Part shown: piece after piece, positions 19,650 to 31,100 of the stretch
Numbering within the stretch: position 1 is the first letter of the stretch
Layout: the number at the start of each line of letters is the position of its first letter
NCBI GenBank assembly: GCA_963764165.1
Contig: CAVXRD010000004.1
Coordinates: 224,001-288,000 of the forward strand
Direction: 5' to 3'
DNA: 64,000 bases
From: an uncultured Verrucomicrobiae bacterium
GTDB lineage: Bacteria > Verrucomicrobiota > Verrucomicrobiia > Limisphaerales > Palsa-1400
Notes under the pieces: model-generated
What the model saw: the letters and a program-made list of their open reading frames with translations, nothing else
Databases searched by the model: none
Told to the model about the DNA's origin: nothing
Program-made: the position numbers and the translations under genes

Positions 19650-22600
19650 TCACTTTATTACGCCCGCTGCCGGCCCGCTTCCAGTTTGATTTTTGCTTGC
19701 GGCGGCCAATGCGGTTTCAAGCTGCGGAATCGGCATGAGCCAGATTCCGGTCTTTATGACGTTGGCGCTGGGGGCAAACACGGAGTTGCGGCCATTCAGG
19801 AGGTACATCGGGGATTCCGGTCCGATCACAAGTAAGTCTTTGGAAAAACCCATCCAAATCGGATTCCCTCCAGCAGTCACTACGGGGCGGCCCTCAGGCG
19901 AATCAAATTTCAGGAACACTGACCTTGGCTGTTTGGACTCGCCGGAATAACAGAGGATTTCGGAGTGGCAACCGTCTTTCGTTTCCACATGTCTGATGTA
20001 GGTTTTCAGTCGTGGATCATAGACTTGGTTGAACTGGCAATGGTCCCGCATCACAAATAGATCGCCGTTGCGCACGGTTCGGGCGGCGTTGGCAAACGTT
20101 TCCCCCGGCAACGTCCATTTTGCTTCGGGCCCGCTCGGTGGGGGTGTCGGTTTTGCCGCCGGTCCCCCCATCATGTGGCCGATAACGGGCCTTCTTATGG
20201 CGCGCACATCTTGCTGGCCGAGCAGATCCGCTTCCTTCGACTCTGTCGCAAGGCGATAAAGGCTCTTCGGATGGTCATTGCGCAGGCCTACAAAGAGAAC
20301 CCCATCCGGAAAAATTAACGGCGGAGTCTGTCCTGACAGATCGGCAATCTCAGGATGGAAATCTGATCCCGTCCCATTGAATATCTTCCCTTCGGTGGCA
20401 ATCCGCAGGGAGTGTTCAGGGCCCGCAAATACCACCGGCTCTCTAAAATCTTCCGTGTCGAGCGGCGAAGCTGGCGGCTGCCTGCGCTTGCTGGCCAGCA
20501 GTTTCGTCTGTTTGCCGTCATCGGTGATCTCGAAGATGGTATTTTCGTCCGCGGCGCAAAGCTGCCCGTTGGCGGCGAACAACTCGTAATTGTTGCCGTC
20601 CGAAATCGGATATGGCGTCCATTGCTTCGTGTCAATGTCGTAGCTCGCGATTTTGCCGTCGTCGCAATGAATCAATTTTCCGCGCCACAACGTCGTGCGA
20701 TGGTAAAAATGGTTGCGAGAAAACAACTGTTCCCATCGCAGCGGAGCCACCAGCCAACTCTTTGTGGCTAGGTCGAAGACCGCTACTGCGGGGAATTCCT
20801 CAGCCACTGGTTTCATCTTCTTGGAGTTTGTATCGAACCGGTTGAAGTTGGCCTGATACTCGAAATCCAACAGGAGTTTGTCCTCGACCCAATTATGCGC
20901 GGTAATGGTCGCGCTGGTAACTTTATCTCCGTAAAGCCCGGCGTATGGGATCGAAAAAAACGCATCGATGGTTTGTATATTGGTCACCGGGTTGTCGCTT
21001 GCTGAGGCCGACGCTCGCCGACCATCCCCCGCCCCTGTTCCCACAGCGCGTGGGGCGAGCGGCGTACGCGCCAGCGGCGGGGCGGCGGATGCCTGGGCAT
21101 TTTCGTCCATGTCAATAATCTTCTTAATCCTATCCTCTATTTGCCCCACCACCATGACGCCATTTCTCGCCCATTTTTGATTTTGTTTGATCTGCTCCTG
21201 CAAGTTGGTTTGGTAGGCGGCAAGCAACGGCTGGAGTTCAAGGGCCTGGGCTTTGGTGATGTCTCCTATCGTATCGAGAAACAAATGGAAGAACGTTGGG
21301 GGATCGAACGGCGTGTTGTTGGTCAGGAATTTTTTCTGCTGCGCAAATCGTTCGAGGCCCTTGGGGCCGGTGCGGCGGTCTGCGCGTTTCGAGCCTTCAA
21401 CAGTGTCGCGCCAATACTGCTGATGCATCAAGTCCAGTTCCTGGTAATATTTGTGGAAATATAGGTCCTGCAGCCCACCTTCAGCCAGGGCGCCCGCATG
21501 CCATCCCATGTAGCAAATATCCGCGCGATTGGTGATCAGCGCCTCGCGATTGGCCAGCAGCTTGTCAAAGAAATTCGTAACGGCGGCGGCCCGCTTCTGG
21601 CTGGCCGGCGCGTCGGCCACCGCAAAGGCATCTGCTTCCAATTGCAATTTAATGTCGGGCGAATTTTTCAATTCCCCCACAAATTCGTTCCACAACACCG
21701 GGATTCGCTGACGGTCCGCGAACTTCCACGCAATGAGCCGGGGCCGCTCCGGCGGGCGCTTCCAGAGGTTCGCATGCAGATAACAAAACACGGGGCTCGT
21801 CATCAAATTGCGGTAGCGCGCAATCGTTTCATCCGGCGTTTCGCTCCAATAACAACCCCAATCCACCTCGCACCGGAATATGTTCGGCGTCTCATCCAAT
21901 CCGTGGAGTTCGTCCGAAGTCACTAGGCGGTCTCCCACAAAATAGCTGTCATGCACGGTGGGCGCTTTGGAAATGAGGTCCGCGACCGAACGGGCCAGAG
22001 CTCGCAGCTCGACGAGTTGATCCGCGACGGATTCCTGCGCGTCGGGATGGTGATGGAAATGTTGAAGAACTGCGGAAGAGGCGGTCAGCACATCGATGCC
22101 GGCCCTGTACCAATCCAGATCCGGCTGGCCATTCCTGGCAACCTGCACGCCGACTTTCGGCACGCCTTCGGGTGAGCTTTTGGCGAACTGTTCGTAGCAT
22201 TGCAGCGCGTAAATCGCTGGAGCGCATTCGTTCGCCGGCGGCCGTGTATCCAGGTGGACTTCCGGGATGATTTTCCAGTTCATCCCGTGAAGGACACCCG
22301 CCGGAACGACTTTTGGAATGGCTGCCAGGCAGGCATTCATCCGCACCATGGCGGCTTCCAGGTCATGTTTTCCAAGCGCCCAGGCAGCCTCCGAAGCCAT
22401 TTGCGCCTCGCCTTTGACATCCCAGCGAAGCGCCCAATTGGCTTCCGCCAAATACTGCTTTGCCTCGTCCGCCGCGTTCCAGGATTTGACACTTGGCGAC
22501 ACTTTCAGCGCGTCGGCGACCTTGAGCGCCATCTGATTGACAACGTCGGCGAGATTGGTTCGGGCGCCGCTGACTTCGAATGGCACCGGAGCGCCGCCAT

Positions 22601-23375
22601 TGGGTGGGGTCAAGCGCGCGCTCAGCGTGATGGTGTCCTTCGAATACCCCTTTTCATCCAAAACCCCTTCCAATAAATAACTGCCGTTCCAAAAAGCCGA
22701 GTGGTCTGACTTCAGATCCTTTTCCTCCGTCAGCAATTCCATGCGCTGGCGTTCCAGCACGAAAAACTGGCGCTCCTTGGTCAATCGTTGGATGGCCAGC
22801 GCTTTGACTTCGCGTTCCGAGGCGCGGCCTTCGTCGGACTGGACGGCGGAACGGAGATTCACGATGGAAATGGGAATCGCGTCCTTTTCCAAGACTCCCA
22901 GCTTCGGCAGCAGGACATCCAGGCGCGGCGCAAATTGAGAGGGCCACTCACTTAATTCCGAATCGTCGATTGAAAAGGATTCCGCAAGCAGAACCGCGCC
23001 CGGCTTTACGGCAACCAGCCGGGCCGTGAGCATTGTAGTGGCTTTCGGAGGAACGGGGCCGAAGCCTCTCGACATCGAAACGGTCGCGCTCAAAAGCACG
23101 AGCCCGTCCGCTCCCAAGAGACGCCCCATTTTAATAGTGTCACCCATCCCGGCGGAGAGGCCTTGCTCGCGGTAGACCTTCAGAATCTGGTCGCGCTCGA
23201 GCAGTTGGACTTTGTCATTGGCGGACAACTGCGCCGTCAGCAAATCCGCCAGGTTCGCCGCCGCGGGCGTTTCCGCGATCACCGCAACGCGCAAAGGCGC
23301 GGCTGGCTGCGCGAACAGCGCCGGCGCCAAAAGGAAGAGCACTGCAAGGAATGAAACGAATCTTAAAGTTTTCAT
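19650..23375 (-). CDS. Large secreted protein with tandem CsgG-like N-terminus (paralog B2)
   Basis: LLERDQILKVYREQGL...LGADGL; PISIVNLRSAVQ; FWNGSYLLEG; WALRW...AWALG. Confidence 0.82.
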   Translation of the reverse strand: MKTLRFVSFLAVLFLLAPALFAQPAAPLRVAVIAETPAAANLADLLTAQLSANDKVQLLERDQILKVYREQGLSAGMGDTIKMGRLLGADGLVLLSATVSMSRGFGPVPPKATTMLTARLVAVKPGAVLLAESFSIDDSELSEWPSQFAPRLDVLLPKLGVLEKDAIPISIVNLRSAVQSDEGRASEREVKALAIQRLTKERQFFVLERQRMELLTEEKDLKSDHSAFWNGSYLLEGVLDEKGYSKDTITLSARLTPPNGGAPVPFEVSGARTNLADVVNQMALKVADALKVSPSVKSWNAADEAKQYLAEANWALRWDVKGEAQMASEAAWALGKHDLEAAMVRMNACLAAIPKVVPAGVLHGMNWKIIPEVHLDTRPPANECAPAIYALQCYEQFAKSSPEGVPKVGVQVARNGQPDLDWYRAGIDVLTASSAVLQHFHHHPDAQESVADQLVELRALARSVADLISKAPTVHDSYFVGDRLVTSDELHGLDETPNIFRCEVDWGCYWSETPDETIARYRNLMTSPVFCYLHANLWKRPPERPRLIAWKFADRQRIPVLWNEFVGELKNSPDIKLQLEADAFAVADAPASQKRAAAVTNFFDKLLANREALITNRADICYMGWHAGALAEGGLQDLYFHKYYQELDLMHQQYWRDTVEGSKRADRRTGPKGLERFAQQKKFLTNNTPFDPPTFFHLFLDTIGDITKAQALELQPLLAAYQTNLQEQIKQNQKWARNGVMVVGQIEDRIKKIIDMDENAQASAAPPLARTPLAPRAVGTGAGDGRRASASASDNPVTNIQTIDAFFSIPYAGLYGDKVTSATITAHNWVEDKLLLDFEYQANFNRFDTNSKKMKPVAEEFPAVAVFDLATKSWLVAPLRWEQLFSRNHFYHRTTLWRGKLIHCDDGKIASYDIDTKQWTPYPISDGNNYELFAANGQLCAADENTIFEITDDGKQTKLLASKRRQPPASPLDTEDFREPVVFAGPEHSLRIATEGKIFNGTGSDFHPEIADLSGQTPPLIFPDGVLFVGLRNDHPKSLYRLATESKEADLLGQQDVRAIRRPVIGHMMGGPAAKPTPPPSGPEAKWTLPGETFANAARTVRNGDLFVMRDHCQFNQVYDPRLKTYIRHVETKDGCHSEILCYSGESKQPRSVFLKFDSPEGRPVVTAGGNPIWMGFSKDLLVIGPESPMYLLNGRNSVFAPSANVIKTGIWLMPIPQLETALAAASKNQTGSGPAAGVIK

Positions 23376-23381
23376 GCACTG

Positions 23382-26300
23382 TCAATCGTTCGCCTGCTGT
23401 GACGGCTTTTCTCGCGAGACCGCCTTTTGCAGCTGAGAAATCGGCATAAGCCAAATCCCGAGTTGCTGGCTGCCAGATTCGGAACTCAAATACCCCGCGC
23501 TCCAGACGCTTGAATACTCCTGACCCATTACCAAATAATCCCCCGCAAAAACCATCCACGCCGGCGAATGCGGGCGGAACGGGTCGCCGTAGTTGAGCGC
23601 CACCGGGGGGATGCCATCCAAGCCAAATTTCAAATACACTTTCCGTGCAGTCGGAGCGTCACTGGCGAAGCAAAACAATTCCGTGTGACAGCCATTCTTG
23701 GCGACAACGAGGTTGCGAGGCCGCTGGCCGTTGCTTTGTTTGATTTCACAGTGGTCAGTCATGAGATAGAGATCGTCCTGATGAGAAGCCAGCGCCGCGC
23801 ATCCCAATGTAATTCCTGAGGGCAATTTCCACTTTGGCAAGGGTTCAGGCGCAGCTTCTTTTTTGGGGCGAGGGCCAATGATCATGCCGCTCATTTGTGT
23901 TTTCTGCTGGAGCAAGAGTTCAACCGGGCCTCCGTCGTTCGGCACACGGAACAGGCGGGACGGGTTCTGGCCCCAGGTCGTTATAAAATAGGCGGCGTCC
24001 GAAGTTATTTCCGGCGCGGTCTCGAATGCAGCCAAATCCAGTTCCTTACTCCAGTCGGCGCCCGTCCACGAGAATATCCGATTCCCCGTAATGACACGGA
24101 GGGACTCGTTCGGCCCCGGCATGAGCGTTGATTTTGCAAGATCCTCGGAATCCAGCAGCGTGACGGCGGGATGCCGCCGCGCGCTCGCCATGAGTTTGGT
24201 TCGCCTTCCATTCTCGGTAATTTCAAAAATTGCGCTTCCATTGGCCGCATAAAGATGCGCGCCGAGGCAAAATAATTCGTAATCGTTGCCATCGGAAATT
24301 TCAAATTCGCGCCAGCGCTTGTCCTTGGCGTCATACTGTAGAATCTTGCCGCTCCCGCTATGAATGATCTGGCCGTTCCAAATGGTGGTGCGATGATAAT
24401 ACGGAGTCGAAGTAATCGGATCGATCCGCGGCAGAACAGCCACGTCCCAACGCTTGACGCCCGGATCGTAACTGGCAACGAAGGGAACCCGCGCATTCGC
24501 AGCCTTAATGACATAGCCGTTCGTATCATAGGTGCTGGCGTCGACGACGCACTCGAGATCCAGCACCATTTTTCCGCTAATCCAATGGTGAGCGGTGATG
24601 ACAGGCCGGTAGGAGGAATTTTCAAAGGCCGCGTTCAGAGGAATGGGAACGAATGAATTTACGGATTCCACGTTGGTAATGGTTTCGGGCTCTACCTCAA
24701 CAGGCATCGCTTTCTGCGGAGCGGCCGCGATGTTCTTTGGACCGGCTGGCGGAGACTGTATTTTTGGCTGCGCTGGCGGTTGATCCCTTATTGCAATCGT
24801 ATTGAGGAACTGCTTTAGGTGTTTCTCCGCGATTCCGACATTGGCGATCGCCATATGATTAGCTCCCTGGGCTTCCAGGTTTGACTTGTATGAAGCCATC
24901 AAGGTTAGAAGTTCCTCAATCTGAGCTTTTGAAAAATCAAAATAGCCTCCCAGAAACAGTTTGCTAAAAGTCCGGAATTCGAAGGGAGTATTTGCGGATA
25001 GATAATTCCTCTGCTCGTCGAATTTGCTGAGATGGCTGGGGCTCTTGGTTGTTTCCATCCGCTGAGCGGCCGGAACCGTCGCGCTGCGGAATTCCGCGGA
25101 CATCGAATCCACCGTCGAGCAGAATCGCTTAAAGTTGCTTTCGAGGAGCGCTCGCTCAGGCGTGACAACGTGGTCGTCCGGAACAATCCCTTCTGCGTGC
25201 CATTGCAAATAAAAAATATCGACCGTGTTCGTTACCAGCGCGTGCCGGTTTGCCTCAAACACGTCAACTAAATTGCTTATGGCCGCCGCCGATTTCTGAT
25301 AGCCATCTGAATCTGCCACATTGAAGGCGGCGGCTTCGAGATTCCAATACACGTTTTTCGAGTTTTTCAGCTCCTCCACAAAAGCGCTCCACAAGACCGG
25401 AATGCGCGCGCGGTCTTCGGCGTTCCAAGCCACCAATCTCGGCCGGCCCGGCGGCCGCGCCAGCAAGCCTTGATGCACGTAACAAAAAACCGGCGAGTCC
25501 ATCAATTTGCGATAAAGCGCAAGAGTGTCATCCGGCTTCTCGAACCAAAAACAGCCCCAGTCCGTTTCGCAGCGGAAAATCGTCGGTTGCGCATCCATCG
25601 TGCTGGCCAGCTCGTCGTAGATCGCGAGGCGATCCCCGACGAAATAGCTATCATGGACAGACGGAGCATTGGCGATCAAGCCGGCCACGGTCCGCGCCAC
25701 CGCGCGTAATTCCGCCAATTCGTCCTGAACTGGAATTTGGGATTTTGGATAAAAGCTATAGTGTTGAAGCACCCTGGAAGCCGCCGTGAGCGCATCAATT
25801 CCGATTTTGTACCAATCCGAATCATGCCAATCATTCCAGCCCTTTCCCCGCCACAGCACTTTGGGTTCGCCTTCCGGTGAATTCTTGGTGAATTGCTCAT
25901 AACATTTCAGCGCGTAAAGCGCGGCGCGGATGTCCTTCGGATCCGGGCGTTTCAAGTAGTGAGTCTCGACCGTCATTTTCCCCTTCGCGTAGTTGTAGGA
26001 CACTTCCGGACTGTCTTCCGGCACGGCGATCACATAGGACTTAACTCGGGCCAAGGCGCCTTCGAGGTCGCGTTTGCCCAGCGCCCACGCCGCTTCCGCC
26101 GCCATCTGCGCCTCACGGCAGACCTGCCAGCGCATGGCCCAATTTGCCTCGTCCAAGTATTGTTTGGCTTCGTCGGAGGCACTCCATGATTTGACAGTCG
26201 ATTGAACTTCTAACGTCTTCACCAGCTTCAGGGCCATTCCGTTGATGATCTCAGATAGGTTTGTGCGAGGGCCGCTCAGTTCAAACGAAACCGCGGCTCC

Positions 26301-27071
26301 GCCCCGGGGAGGAATGATTCGCGCGTGGAGCGTGATAGCATCTTTGGAATAACCGTTTTCATCCAGAACACCCTCCAGCAAATAACTGCCGTTCCAAAAC
26401 TCCGTTTTGTCCGAACTTAAATCCTTTTCCTCGCCCAGCAATTCCATGCTTTGCCGTTCGAGAACGAACACTCTCTGCTCCTGGCTTAATCGCTGCATGG
26501 CGAGCGCTTTTACCTGGCGCTCCGTTTCCCGGCCCTCGTCGGTCTGGACGGCGGAGCGGAGATTCACGATGGAAATCGGGACGGCGTCCTTCTCCAGCAC
26601 CGCCAATTTCGGCAGAAACGCGTTCAATCGCGGAGCAAATTGGGATGCCCAATCCACCATCTCGGATGGCGCGAGCGGAAATGAATCGGAGGCCAGCAGA
26701 ACGCCGGGTTTCACCGCGATCAATCGCGCCGTCACGATGAAGGGCCGTGTCAGCGTATTGGTGTCCTTTGGCACAACAGTATTGCTGACGGCATTTAACA
26801 GCAAAAGACCGTCCGCTCCCAGGATGCGGCCCATTTTCACTGCATCGTTCATCCCAGCCGACAAGGCTTGCTCGTGGACGACCTTTTGAATTTGGTCGCG
26901 CTCGAGCAATTGAACCTTGTCATTGGACGACAACTGCGCCGTCATCAGATCGGCGAACTTCGCCGCTGATTCCGCCTCTGCAATGACAGCCATTCGAACC
27001 GGAGGGGCTGATTGCGCGGCCACCTGCGATGACGCAACGAGAAGAGCAATGAGCAATAACGCGATTTTCAC
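23382..27071 (-). CDS. Large secreted protein with tandem CsgG-like N-terminus (paralog B1)
   Basis: Same N-terminal motifs; shares HDSYFVGDRL, FRCExDWGC and ITAHxW with the 19650 ORF; probable GTG start. Confidence 0.82.
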   Translation of the reverse strand: MKIALLLIALLVASSQVAAQSAPPVRMAVIAEAESAAKFADLMTAQLSSNDKVQLLERDQIQKVVHEQALSAGMNDAVKMGRILGADGLLLLNAVSNTVVPKDTNTLTRPFIVTARLIAVKPGVLLASDSFPLAPSEMVDWASQFAPRLNAFLPKLAVLEKDAVPISIVNLRSAVQTDEGRETERQVKALAMQRLSQEQRVFVLERQSMELLGEEKDLSSDKTEFWNGSYLLEGVLDENGYSKDAITLHARIIPPRGGAAVSFELSGPRTNLSEIINGMALKLVKTLEVQSTVKSWSASDEAKQYLDEANWAMRWQVCREAQMAAEAAWALGKRDLEGALARVKSYVIAVPEDSPEVSYNYAKGKMTVETHYLKRPDPKDIRAALYALKCYEQFTKNSPEGEPKVLWRGKGWNDWHDSDWYKIGIDALTAASRVLQHYSFYPKSQIPVQDELAELRAVARTVAGLIANAPSVHDSYFVGDRLAIYDELASTMDAQPTIFRCETDWGCFWFEKPDDTLALYRKLMDSPVFCYVHQGLLARPPGRPRLVAWNAEDRARIPVLWSAFVEELKNSKNVYWNLEAAAFNVADSDGYQKSAAAISNLVDVFEANRHALVTNTVDIFYLQWHAEGIVPDDHVVTPERALLESNFKRFCSTVDSMSAEFRSATVPAAQRMETTKSPSHLSKFDEQRNYLSANTPFEFRTFSKLFLGGYFDFSKAQIEELLTLMASYKSNLEAQGANHMAIANVGIAEKHLKQFLNTIAIRDQPPAQPKIQSPPAGPKNIAAAPQKAMPVEVEPETITNVESVNSFVPIPLNAAFENSSYRPVITAHHWISGKMVLDLECVVDASTYDTNGYVIKAANARVPFVASYDPGVKRWDVAVLPRIDPITSTPYYHRTTIWNGQIIHSGSGKILQYDAKDKRWREFEISDGNDYELFCLGAHLYAANGSAIFEITENGRRTKLMASARRHPAVTLLDSEDLAKSTLMPGPNESLRVITGNRIFSWTGADWSKELDLAAFETAPEITSDAAYFITTWGQNPSRLFRVPNDGGPVELLLQQKTQMSGMIIGPRPKKEAAPEPLPKWKLPSGITLGCAALASHQDDLYLMTDHCEIKQSNGQRPRNLVVAKNGCHTELFCFASDAPTARKVYLKFGLDGIPPVALNYGDPFRPHSPAWMVFAGDYLVMGQEYSSVWSAGYLSSESGSQQLGIWLMPISQLQKAVSREKPSQQAND

Positions 27072-27108
27072 AATTTGCCGGATAATGCTATATGAATATC
27101 TGCATATT

Positions 27109-28137
27109 TCACCGCAACACATCTGCGATCGCTTTGAACTCCACTTTCAATTCGGCCAATTCCTTTTTCGCCTGTTCCAATTCCGCCGGTGAAAGCTGCT
27201 TTCCTATTTGGCGCGCCTTTTCCAGGCCAAACCCGTCGTTGCTTTCAGCCGCCAATGTGAACCAGCACCAGGCCTTTGCCGGATTGATCGTTCCGCCGCG
27301 CCCTGTCAAATACACTTCTCCGATGATGCCGAGTTTCTTATTGTCGCCTGATTGAATGGCTTTCAGCACCAAGGACATGGTTTCCGAAAACAACTCGCTG
27401 GCCTCGCCCCCGTTCGGAAGGATGGCGCCACTCGAAAACGCAACCGCCTTGTTCTTATCCGGCACAATTTGGATTTTGTCGCGGAGCGTGTATGCACCCA
27501 TGCCCGTCCAATACACGGCGTGGTTCACCGCTCCCCGGCAATACCAGCGCACTGCCTCAACCACATCACGGTCGCCGGGCGGCCCGTATTGCGCTCGCGA
27601 TACAAGATGGTCGTAAGGAGCAGCATCGCTTGGTTCCGCCTTGGCAGCGCGGGCCAGCAAGTTCATGGGGCGATCCTCATTATTTCTTGGTTCGCCGACA
27701 CCGTGCGCGTATGAATCGGCGAGAGCCAGCAAAGCTCGCGGGTAGTTTTGGTCCGCCGCCGCGCGAAAACATTCCAATGCCTTTTCCTCGTCAGCCGCGA
27801 TGCCGTAGCCGTCGGAATAGGCATCGCCGAGCAAAAACAGGCCCCGGGCCGATTTTTGATCAGCGGCGCGCTTAAACCAATTCACCTCCAGCCAGCGCGC
27901 ATTCCAGAGACCGTTGGTGGAAGGTCCGCCGACCCTGCGATCATATTCGCCAATGTCGCATTGCGCCTCTGGATCTCCGGCGCGGGCTTTTTCCAGAGTT
28001 TTCATAATCGCCGCGCGATCGTTCAAATCCTGGGCAAGTGACAGCCCGGGAGCGAATGTGACGCCCAAGAATACAAGCGCCACTGCAAACCCGCGCTTAT
28101 TCCGGCGGCCCGTCAAAAAGTTGAATTGCATGTTCAT
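27109..28137 (-). CDS. Sel1-repeat protein, paralog of 3987-5513
   Basis: Sel1 repeats plus shared GEPRNxxDRP...QYGPxxDRD...WYCRxAxN segment. Confidence 0.85.
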   Translation of the reverse strand: MNMQFNFLTGRRNKRGFAVALVFLGVTFAPGLSLAQDLNDRAAIMKTLEKARAGDPEAQCDIGEYDRRVGGPSTNGLWNARWLEVNWFKRAADQKSARGLFLLGDAYSDGYGIAADEEKALECFRAAADQNYPRALLALADSYAHGVGEPRNNEDRPMNLLARAAKAEPSDAAPYDHLVSRAQYGPPGDRDVVEAVRWYCRGAVNHAVYWTGMGAYTLRDKIQIVPDKNKAVAFSSGAILPNGGEASELFSETMSLVLKAIQSGDNKKLGIIGEVYLTGRGGTINPAKAWCWFTLAAESNDGFGLEKARQIGKQLSPAELEQAKKELAELKVEFKAIADVLR

Positions 28138-31100
28138 GGCGCTTGCTGAGTTGGTTTCGCGGGAATGGATGAGGCGGCATTTCTCGCGGCAAACTCGGCC
28201 CAGCGCCGATTCAATTCCGACGATGGAATCAGCCAGTCCCCGACATGCGAATCAATGCTGCAAATCACCGCTCCCGCCGGGGTCAAACGCCAGAACGGCA
28301 CCGCCTCCCCAAAGACAGAAAAGCCGGGCGGTGGCTGGACAAACCCGACCTGGCACGGATCGCAAACCTGGCCGTACCGTTCAAACCGCACCGGAATCCG
28401 CAGTGGTGTTGCGCATCCAGGACTGTAACGAACCAACGATGCGCTCCAATCCTGATCAATTTTGCCATCGCCATGTCCGATTGGGGACCAACTGCGCTGA
28501 ACCCTCGGCTCATAGTTCCACAGATTTTGTCCGTCACGGACATAAGTGGGGTCATCCATCGTGCAGCCGTCGGGGCATCTCCACTCCGGCTCGCCAGAGC
28601 CGAATTCCGAAATGACGCCATCGGGCAGTTTTCCGGAAGTTTGCCGCAAAATTATTTTTGCGCCCCCTCCTGATTCGGGCAGCGAAACGAGAAGTCGATG
28701 CTGCGGCGATTGCGCCGGGGAAATCGTGTAACTCAACCGTTCCACCCCTGCTGTCGAAAAGAAATAAGACACCCCAACGCGCCACTTGTTGGTCGGAATC
28801 TGTGTGCTCTGCCAGGAACCGCTGGCGGCATCAAAAACGGAAAAAGAAAAGTCCGAATACGCGCACAGCTTGCCATCCCACGCCTGGTCGATGCCGTATT
28901 TGCCGCTCCAAACGGAATCAAGCGCGTTCAAGGCAGGCACCCGGCGCGCGCTAACCAATGTCGAATTGGTGCACGCAACAGGATCATTTTCCAAGAGCTC
29001 GTCCGGATTTCCAAAATACACTTTGCCGCGAGAGGCGACGATTTTTCCGTCGGCATCGGATGGGATCGGCAAAGTCTCCCATTTTTTGTCGGCGATATGG
29101 TACCAGCCTAGACGCGAGTTGAGACTGATGAAAACCGATTCAGAATCGGCGTCGAAATCCATTCCCGGAGAGCCGAATTCACTTGGAATCTCGATTTCCT
29201 CGCAGACGCCATTGGATGTATTGAACTTTAAAATCGAGCAGGGCGCCTTCCACGCCACGCCCATACCCTGCTGAACGTAAGAACACATGGCCCAAACCGT
29301 ATCGCCGCGAAAGATGACCCTTTGCAGTTTGGGCACAAGCGGCAGCCGTGAGGGAGCGCCTGAAATTTTCCATGGATCGAATTTCGCCGTGAACGGTAAT
29401 GAATCAAGTATCGGCGCTTGTTTCGGCTCCGCCGGACCGGCTGGGATATTTGGCGTGACCTTGGCAATCGCCGCGACGTTTCGCAAATGGCTCCCCATTT
29501 TGCGATCGGCTGGATTCTTATCCACTCGCGCCTGCAAGGCCGGCACCATTTTGCGGGCGTCTTCCTCAGAGAGGGGACAACTCCCCTTGTCGAATGCGGT
29601 CGCTTCAAAAGCGCTGGCCCACTTGGGGCAATCGGTAATCGCAAACATCCGGAGGCGCTGCCAGAAACTCCCCCACGGTTCGGCGTCGTAAGGCGAATAG
29701 TAGTGAGCGTGCTTCATGCAAAGCGTTCTTGAAAGTTCGGTCACCGTGTGAATGTAGCCTTCCTCACAAACTAGATTCGTGCGGATATCCCACATCGCCG
29801 AAGCAAGCTTTGTCTCCACCTTTTCGAGGCCGCCGACGCCATCTTCAGGCGTCATGGCATAGGCACAGTATTCGGCGCAACATCGACTGTGGAGATTGGT
29901 GGATTTCCGCAATGCATCGACGAACTGGCTGGCGAGCTGGGGCAGAGTTTTTCGGTCTTCCCATTTCCAACCGGCAAGCCGCGGCAGCGCATCGGGAATG
30001 AACCCCGACTCAATCATGTTCAAATAAAGAGGGAGCGAGTCGCCGGGCTTCTCAAAACTTAGGCCCGCTTGCGCCCATTTGACCTGTTGCAAACGCTCAA
30101 ACTTGGTGATGATTCCGTGATCATAACGGACGCCTTTTTTCCTCGGCACGCCCGTTTTGAATTGACCGGCGTAAGTCTTAATGGGCGGCGACTGCGCATC
30201 GAGCGTGCTGATCAATCGCCTCGTTTCCTCGCGCAGGGACCTCAATAACTCTTCGTTCCCGGCGCGAAACTCCGCCCCGTTATAAAAGCTGTCGAGCATC
30301 GCCAGCGAGCGCTCCGCTATGCCAACACCCAGTTCAAACCACCCGAAATCGGGATTTGCCGAATTCGTCCAGACGAGGGCCGAATCATCGCAATAGAGCG
30401 CAGCGGAGCGAATGCCCCACGGGAGTTGCGATGGTTCGGGCACCATCGGATAAAGCACATTGCCAGAGCCTTCATTCAGGGAATATATCGGCTCCGTGTA
30501 GGCTCGAAGCCTTGCTTCGGCGAGTTCGCGAGAGTGGTCGCCAAGAGCCCAAGCCGATTCGGTGGCTGATTGCGCGGCTTTATAAAGATGCCACTTCAGT
30601 GCCCAGGCGCCTTCCGATTCAAATTTCCGCGCTTCGTCGGCGGCGTTCCACGAAACAACGGACGCTTCGCCCGTGACCGATTTCAATATCTGGGCGACGA
30701 GGTTTGTTGACAGTTCGTTGAGATTTGTCCGATTGCCGCTTAATTCGAAAGCAATCGGCTCGCCGCCCTTGGGAGGAACCATGCGTCCAGATAACGTGAC
30801 TTGTTCGGGCGAATACCCCTTGGCATCAATGGTGCCTTCCAGCAGATAGCTCCCCTTCCAAAATGCGCTTTCGTCCAGCCCTGCGAGATCATGCTCGCCC
30901 GTCAGCGATTGCATGTGCGAGCGCTCAAGCACAAAGATCTCGGGCTGGCGTGTCAACAATTCTGTGCTCAAGCGTGTCAATTCCTCTTCCAGCGTTCGTT
31001 CCGCCGGACTCTCGACGGCGGCGCGGAGATTTACGACGGAGATTGGCAGCGCATTGCTGGCGGACACGAACAGCTTGGGCAAAATCGGAGCAAGGTGCCG